Assembly: GCA_958295525.1 (NCBI GenBank)
Contig: OY282355.1
Span: forward strand, 398,260-462,259
Length of the DNA stretch: 64,000 bases
DNA from: an uncultured Dehalococcoidia bacterium
GTDB taxonomy: Bacteria > Chloroflexota > Dehalococcoidia > Lucifugimonadales > Australimonadaceae
Direction of reading: 5' to 3'
Positions 59,501 to 64,000 of the stretch are shown here, piece by piece. Position 1 is the stretch's first letter, and the number at the start of each line of letters is the position of its first letter. Under the pieces are notes generated by a model. That model was not told the DNA's origin. It worked only from the letters and a program-made list of their open reading frames with translations, and did not search any database. The translations under genes and the position numbers were made by a program.

Positions 59501-59712
59501 ACCACAAAGAGCGCGTGATCGATCTCCTGCGCCGCGTCTGCGCCGTCAGCGTCCAGACGATGAAAATCGTGGATTCGATGGCCTATTGGGATGGGGACGT
59601 CCTCGTCGTCTGGGACGACCGGGACCAAGAGGAATGGGCGATGCTTGGGTTATCGCACTGGTTCAGCGAGCCCGAGGATCCGGAACGGGAGGCGGCGTGG
59701 TCGGCGACGTAG
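56545..59712 (+). CDS. Single-chain restriction-modification enzyme (nuclease + N6-MTase + Type ISP-like C-terminal specificity domain, no helicase) with acidic C-terminal tail
   Basis: PDG...WEAKD nuclease motif, YTPNEIV, ILDPATGTGTF, IIGNPPY, TNRDEWAYDF, YKLGNRSALEWVLDQY. Confidence 0.9.
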   Translation: MVAYPHIERYYEALRELIEFGGSDNELNIRPAFQNCLAAYCRDHREHLALVPELPTATGAVPDGAVKDALRMTRGWWEAKDTRDDLDAEIQRKFNRGYPRDNIVFEDSRAAVLFQNGGEAMRADMTRPGELHRLIRRFLDYELPEIEEFRRARQQFKADLPDVLASLRATVEEAEAENAAYREAAADFLELCRRSIGPDVSEADVREMLLQHVLTKDIFLRVFAETQFHQENNVAQQLDALEHAFFTGDVRRNAIERLRAYYGAIGRAADEIADYAEKQEFLKRLYEDFYKTYNPAAADRMGVVYTPNEIVDFIIRGADALSRKHFGRGLADDNVQILDPATGTGTFIANLINFLPADRLERKYREEIHANELAILPYYIANLNIEYTYKERTGRYQEFQSLCFVDTLDNMDWQRKGATGEAVQRQAGFNLGGLSEENWVRVQEQNEKTISVIIGNPPYNDQQSNWRDANPNRKYPAIDQRIKDTYVAESAAQRTHQYDMYKRFIRWASDRLADDGIIAFITNRSYIDAKQDDGFRLVAPMEFNDIYLVDLGGDVRANGRVGNVFGIKTGVAVGFFVRRSKVGGRGRIRYYALPDEQSGADKLAALKTLDVERIPFTEIVPDENHNWLGQTNSRFGKLLPMANKETKLAKAANEEQALFGLYSVGIATNRDEWAYDFSPEILAEKMQFFSKVYQSEVSRFSKEKPLPSSLGEWVDQSIKWTRELEGHLARMDALTYSAEDIVPVLFRPFVSKFCYYARIATHMRYQQPRIYPHRVAPDNMVICFPGNVGGQGFYALAADRVVSHDLIKTTQCLPLYRYTAEGKRVSNITQWGLRAFRERYKDDSITPEQVFAYAYAVLHDPVYLHDYKGDLLREFPRLPFYKDFEIWARMGRELLDLHIGFESAEPHPLEREETGAEPGKPRLKADKESGVVVLDGATRLTGIPADAWRYKLGNRSALEWVLDQYKERKPKDPTIAAKFASYRFADHKERVIDLLRRVCAVSVQTMKIVDSMAYWDGDVLVVWDDRDQEEWAMLGLSHWFSEPEDPEREAAWSAT

Positions 59713-60020
59713 TGCGGATTCCCTTCCCGTATGCCGAAACGGAGAAAGAGAAGAGTCGTCCAGCCGTAGTGCTCGCGGACGCAGGGCGAGTCGGCGGAAG
59801 GCAGGACTGGATCTTGTGCCAAGTGACCAAGACGGAGCGTCAGGGGGACATAGCGGTTTCCACCGACGATTTCGCCCACGGGGGGTTGCCGTTCCGCAGT
59901 TGGGCGCGGCCTAACGTCCTCCAAACGCTCGGCGAGAATCGGATACTCGAGACGTATGGGCGACTCTCGCACGCGAAACTCGCGGAAGTGAAGGCGGCGG
60001 TTCGGGCCCTGTTCAATTAG
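59697..60020 (+). CDS. PemK/MazF-family toxin
   Basis: GTG start after GGGAGG; GDVVRIPFPY...KSRPAVVL...ILCQVT...GGL...SWARP...G.L; 107 aa; overlaps the RM stop. Confidence 0.85.
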   Translation: MVGDVVRIPFPYAETEKEKSRPAVVLADAGRVGGRQDWILCQVTKTERQGDIAVSTDDFAHGGLPFRSWARPNVLQTLGENRILETYGRLSHAKLAEVKAAVRALFN

Positions 60021-60045
60021 GGCGCGCCCCCCCCCCTTGTACCCC

Positions 60046-60465
60046 TCATTCCCGCCCCCTTATATCCGTCATTCCCGCGTAGGCGGGAATCCCGCCCCCT
60101 CGCCCCGTCATTCCCGCGTAGGCGGGAATCCAGTCGGCGCGCAGCGCCCCCTTGCCCCGTCATTCCCGCGCAGGCGGGAATCCCGCATCCCCTGACGCGG
60201 ACGCGAACGCAGACGCCGCCTACGCCGAGGAAATCGCCCGCAACAGGTTCTTCGTAGGATGAACGCCGCGATGAAAATTACGTCATTCCCGCGTAGGCGG
60301 GAATCCAGAGGCGCGCAAGCACCGGACGATGCGTTGCGCGCATCGTCTCCAACCCATCCCACGCGCCACGTCATTCCCGCCTTCGCGGGAACCTCGCCCC
60401 CTGCCCTGTCATTCCCGCGTAGGCGGGAATCTCGCCCTCTTGCCTCGTCATTCCCGCGAAAGCGG
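60046..60465. repeat. Composite palindrome cluster
   Basis: About seven core or partial units downstream of the toxin gene. Confidence 0.9.
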
Positions 60466-60540
60466 GCAGGGCGGGCGGCAATGCGTCTTACGACTAGGCA
60501 GTCAGGCGTAGCGGCTGGGGAGAAGACGCTGCCCAGAGTA

Positions 60541-60569
60541 TTGACAACGCGAATGCGCCGATGTATATT
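60541..60569 (+). promoter_or_regulatory. Near-consensus sigma70 promoter with no clear downstream CDS
   Basis: TTGACA-17nt-TATATT. Confidence 0.65.
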
Positions 60570-60574
60570 ATGTC

Positions 60575-60635
60575 CAATGCTCCCCGTCGTCGTTTGCGCC
60601 TTGCGAGGCGGAGGCCACGGCGGGGTTATTCTTTG
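60575..60635 (+). ncRNA. Candidate small hairpin RNA
   Basis: CCCCGTCGT...CGCCT-tgcg-AGGCG...ACGGCGGGG stem then TTATTCTTT; G-U pairs favour the + strand. Confidence 0.4.
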
Positions 60636-60664
60636 AACGACTCCGCCGCAATAGCCCTCGCCCC

Positions 60665-61534
60665 CTACAGCGCGAAAGCGTCCAGCAGCGCGTCGGGAGA
60701 CTTGGGCTTCACGCGCTCACGCACCCCGGCGATGCGCCGGTCGAGCGACGGGCGCTCCGCATCCTGGTAGACGACGCCCAGCGGAACGCCGCCCTGCTCG
60801 ATCACGCCCCGCGCCGCGCTCCGGCTCGACGGGTCGTGGTCGTCCGGCAACTCCCACGCCGTCCCTTCGATGCCTTTCGCCTTGTTGCCCTTCAAGACTT
60901 CGTAAGTGTCGTTGTAGGTGGTGCAGGGCGAGGCGACGTGGACGATGGAGAAGCCGTCGTGCTCCATGCCGCGCTTGATGAGGCCGGCGAGGTCGCGCGG
61001 CTTCGACGAGTAGCCGGACGCGATGTAGGTGACGCCGAGCGTCAGGTACAGTTCCAGCGGATTGATGGGCGCCTCCATCTTGCCGTAGGGCGTCGAACTG
61101 GTGACCGTCTCCTCGATGGTGGTCGGCGAGGATTGGCCTTTCGTAAGGCCGTAGACGCCGTTGTCCATCACGACGGCGCAGACGTTGAGGTTGCGCGCGG
61201 CCTGGGGCGCGATGTGCTCCATGCCGATGCTGAGGAAGTCGCCGTCGCCCGCGACGACGAGCACGTTGAGGTCTTCCCGCGCCATTTTCACGCCTAGCGC
61301 GATGGGGAGGGAGCGCCCGTGAATCCCGTGGAATCCGTAGGGCTGCTCGCCCTCCAGCAGATGCACGAGGTTGCCGGAGCAGCCGATGCCCGCCACCACG
61401 ACGTTGTGGCTCATCGGGATCTCGCGCTCGATGTTCCAGTCGCGCATTGCGACCTCGACGGCGCGGCGGACGCCGAAGTCGCCGCATCCGGGGCACCAGG
61501 TGAAGTCGTACTCGGGGTTCTTCTTGTCCGTCAT
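60665..61534 (-). CDS. 2-oxoacid:ferredoxin oxidoreductase beta subunit
   Basis: WCPGCGDF, GIGCSG, HGR, GDGD, DNGVYGLTKGQSSPT, SPC. Confidence 0.95.
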   Translation of the reverse strand: MTDKKNPEYDFTWCPGCGDFGVRRAVEVAMRDWNIEREIPMSHNVVVAGIGCSGNLVHLLEGEQPYGFHGIHGRSLPIALGVKMAREDLNVLVVAGDGDFLSIGMEHIAPQAARNLNVCAVVMDNGVYGLTKGQSSPTTIEETVTSSTPYGKMEAPINPLELYLTLGVTYIASGYSSKPRDLAGLIKRGMEHDGFSIVHVASPCTTYNDTYEVLKGNKAKGIEGTAWELPDDHDPSSRSAARGVIEQGGVPLGVVYQDAERPSLDRRIAGVRERVKPKSPDALLDAFAL

Positions 61535-63240
61535 GCGGTCACCGCCTGCCGCGCCCCGGCTCCCGCCAGGCGCGCCTTGATCCGTTCGCTCAGTTCCGAG
61601 GGCTTGAAGGGCAGCCCCGTGTATTGCGTGATCGCCTCCGCCCGAACGCCTTGCGCCCGCAGCAGCCCGGCCAGTTGGCCCTGGTAGTTCAGTTCCGGCA
61701 CGATCACCAGGTCTTTCGCCCGCAACTCGTCCAGCATCGCCGGAGGCATCGGGTTCAGGAATATCGTGTAGAGCCAGCCCACGTCCTCGCCTTCCTCGCG
61801 CAGGCGGTCGTAAGCCTCGCGCGCGGAGCCCTTGGAGCCGCCCCAGGGCAGAATGGCGACCGGCGCCCCCGCGTTCTCGCTCTCGTAGGTTCCGTCCTCC
61901 AGCAAGCGGAGTTTGCCGAAGCGCCGCTCCGTCAGATGGACGTGATGCTTGGCGAGGTGCGTCGTGTCGCCGTAGGCGTCGTGCTCGGAGCCGTTGGCGA
62001 CGTAGGCGCCCGCGCCGCCGGGCACGGGGAAGGGCGACAAGTCGCCGGACTCGTAGCGCAGATAGCCGTTGTCGCCGCGGTAGACGTCGCGGGATTCGAC
62101 CGGCGTCGCCGCGAGGTCGGGGCGCGGGATGTTCTGCGCGCGCTCGGCCAGCGAGTGCTCGCTCAGCACGATGACGGGCCCCTGGTAGCGCTCCGCCCAG
62201 TTGAATGCGTGAACCGCCGCGTAAAAGCACTCCTCGACCGTGCCCGCCGCGATGACCGGCAGCGAGGAGTCCCCGTGCGCCGGGCTGATCGCCGCCAGCA
62301 AGTCGGACTGCTCCGTCTTGGTCGGCAAGCCGGTCGCCGGGCCGCCGCGCTGCACGTCCACGACCACGCAGGGAATCTCCGCCATCCACGCGAGCCCGAG
62401 TCCCTCGCCCATCAGCGTGAAGCCGGGGCCGGAGGTCGCCGTCATCGCCTTCCTGCCCGCGAATCCCGCCCCGATGATGCCCGTGACCGCCTCGATCTCC
62501 GAACTCGCCTGATAGGCGAACTTGCCCGGCCCCACCAGGTTGCGCTCCATATACACCAGCACCGGCGTCGCGGGCGAGATCGGATAGCCGAAGTAGAACT
62601 CGATCCCCGCGTGCATCGCGCCGACCGAAAGCGCCTCGTTGCCCTTGATGAACACCTGATCGTAGTCCGGCGGGTCGGGCTCCCCCAAGTCGCTGATCGC
62701 ATCCTCCTCGCTCAGGTGCGCCAAGCCGAGGTCGAGCGCCATGTGGTTCGCCTCGACCACCTTGTCGCGCCCCGCGAATCTGCTGGCGACGAACTCCTTG
62801 AAATACGTCACCGGCATATTGATCAGTTTGGAGAGGCCGCCCATCACCACCATATTGGCCGCCCGCGACTCCCCCGTCTGCTTGGCGAGTTCGTCGAACG
62901 GAACGGAGATGCAGCGGTGGCCGTCCCCCGGGTCGGGCGTCACCGACGGGTCGAGGAGAATGACCCCGCCGTCGCGCACCTCCGAGCGATGCTCGTTGTA
63001 CGCCTCGTCGTTGAACGCGACGAGAATGTCCACCGAGTCGCCGGGGCTCTGGATGGGCGCCCGGGCGATGCGCGCCTGCGTCCACGTGGGGCCTCCCAGA
63101 ATCTGCGAGGGGAACGTGGCGAACGTGAGGGCATGGAAGCCGACGCCGGTGGCCGCCCGCGCAAGCATCTCGGCGGCGGTTACGACGCCCTGGCCTCCCT
63201 CGCCCGCGAAACGGACGACGATTTCGGTTTGGCTGGCCAT
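61531..63240 (-). CDS. 2-oxoacid:ferredoxin oxidoreductase alpha subunit (gamma-alpha fused)
   Basis: AGEGGQGV, GNEA, GYPISPA, ATSGPG, QRGGPATGLPTKTEQSD, ELNYQGQL. Confidence 0.95.
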   Translation of the reverse strand: MASQTEIVVRFAGEGGQGVVTAAEMLARAATGVGFHALTFATFPSQILGGPTWTQARIARAPIQSPGDSVDILVAFNDEAYNEHRSEVRDGGVILLDPSVTPDPGDGHRCISVPFDELAKQTGESRAANMVVMGGLSKLINMPVTYFKEFVASRFAGRDKVVEANHMALDLGLAHLSEEDAISDLGEPDPPDYDQVFIKGNEALSVGAMHAGIEFYFGYPISPATPVLVYMERNLVGPGKFAYQASSEIEAVTGIIGAGFAGRKAMTATSGPGFTLMGEGLGLAWMAEIPCVVVDVQRGGPATGLPTKTEQSDLLAAISPAHGDSSLPVIAAGTVEECFYAAVHAFNWAERYQGPVIVLSEHSLAERAQNIPRPDLAATPVESRDVYRGDNGYLRYESGDLSPFPVPGGAGAYVANGSEHDAYGDTTHLAKHHVHLTERRFGKLRLLEDGTYESENAGAPVAILPWGGSKGSAREAYDRLREEGEDVGWLYTIFLNPMPPAMLDELRAKDLVIVPELNYQGQLAGLLRAQGVRAEAITQYTGLPFKPSELSERIKARLAGAGARQAVTA

Positions 63241-63390
63241 CGCGCTATCCTGCCTCCTGCTGGCCCGCCGCCGTTCTCCGCAGGCGGAGCCTCGCCCGCA
63301 TCCTCTTCCGGTGGCGGAAATTTCCGATGGCGGGAGAGCGGACCGAGGCTCCGGCGCCCCAAGAAGGCGGGGGTGGAGTCTCAACCCCGT

Positions 63391-63420
63391 AAGGTACGCG
63401 GATGGAACGGCGCTTGTCAA
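63391..63420 (-). promoter_or_regulatory. Sigma70 promoter of the OFOR operon
   Basis: TTGACA-18nt-TACCTT on the minus strand, ~150 nt upstream of the ATG. Confidence 0.6.
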
Positions 63421-63600
63421 TTCGCGGCTTTGGCGCTCCGGCCGCCGAAAATAGACGGAAACCGCCTGCATCCGCGCATCCTGCGCCGCTTTCCCGCTAT
63501 GCATCGCGGAATCCGCAAACGAATCGCCCCGCCGCCCGCGCCTCAGCGAACCGCAGCGGAATCGCCCGGCTCCTTCGCCCCGCCCTCCCGCCTCTTGCCA

Positions 63601-63893
63601 CGTCATTCCCGCGCAGGCGGGAACCTCGCCCCCTCTCACCCCGTCATTCCCGCGCAGGCGGGAATCTCGCCCCCCTCGCCCCGTCATTCCCGCGCAGGCG
63701 GGAATCTCGCCCCCCTCGCCCCGTCATTCCCGCGCAGGCGGGAATCTCGCCCCCCTCCCCCGTCATTCCCGCTGGCGCGTAAGCGCCCCCCCTCGTCGTC
63801 ATTCCCGCGTAGGCGGGAATCTCGCCCCCTCGCCCCGCCCTCCCCGCGCAGGCGGGAATCTACTGGAGCGTCGCCCCGCGTAGGCGGGAATCT
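63601..63893. repeat. CGTC/dRS3-like palindrome cluster
   Basis: About seven to eight complete or degenerate units at ~40-bp period. Confidence 0.9.
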
Positions 63894-64000
63894 CGCCCCG
63901 CTGCCCGCACCCGCTGCGGCGCCGCTATGACATCCGCCCGTTGCGCGGTCGCGCCGCCGACGCCTACCTTAGATCCATTACCTCGACCCCAGGAGGCGGG

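Noticed and set aside
58977..59696. 347-aa MazF with a long N-terminal domain
   Set aside because: The upstream part is an alternative frame inside the RM gene; SD and homology support GTG 59697
56545..59712. Canonical Type ISP enzyme
   Set aside because: No SF2 helicase/ATPase motifs; the architecture is nuclease-MTase-TRD (Type IIG/IIL-like)
63241..63390. TPP riboswitch ahead of the ThDP-dependent OFOR
   Set aside because: Lacks the CUGAGA and CCUGAU...AAU...GCG.AGGGA consensus

Overview
High-GC bacterial chromosome segment. Gene content and style (Pro/Thr-rich lipoproteins, many SDRs and amidohydrolases, stand-alone NuoEFG-like module, leaderless genes) suggest Chloroflexota of the Dehalococcoidia/SAR202 type; this is inference. 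Housekeeping and metabolic genes (ispH, fumC, tyrS, ribF, DAHP synthase, aroH, pcrA, bioY, 2-oxoacid:ferredoxin oxidoreductase, three tRNAs) alternate with dense clusters of a CGTC-type/dRS3-like palindrome (GTCATTCCCGCGYAGGCGGGAATC). These clusters often bracket accessory cassettes: an XRE/MNT-HEPN/PaREP1 islet, GT-C membrane glycosyltransferases, a phthalate-type Rieske/decarboxylase/TTT operon, and a single-chain restriction-modification enzyme. The best candidate for an undescribed system is that RM enzyme (56545-59712). It carries a 43-aa acidic, Trp-rich tail resembling a PemK/MazF antitoxin and overlaps a MazF-family toxin gene that has no separate antitoxin, suggesting an RM-guarded toxin. 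Also notable: an AT-richer tyrS 3' end leading into a STAS-HATPase-STAS gene, tRNA-Arg(GCG), an FdhA-like subunit lacking the Mo ligand, and a promoter-driven small hairpin RNA candidate. All calls come from reading motifs by eye; no searches were run.
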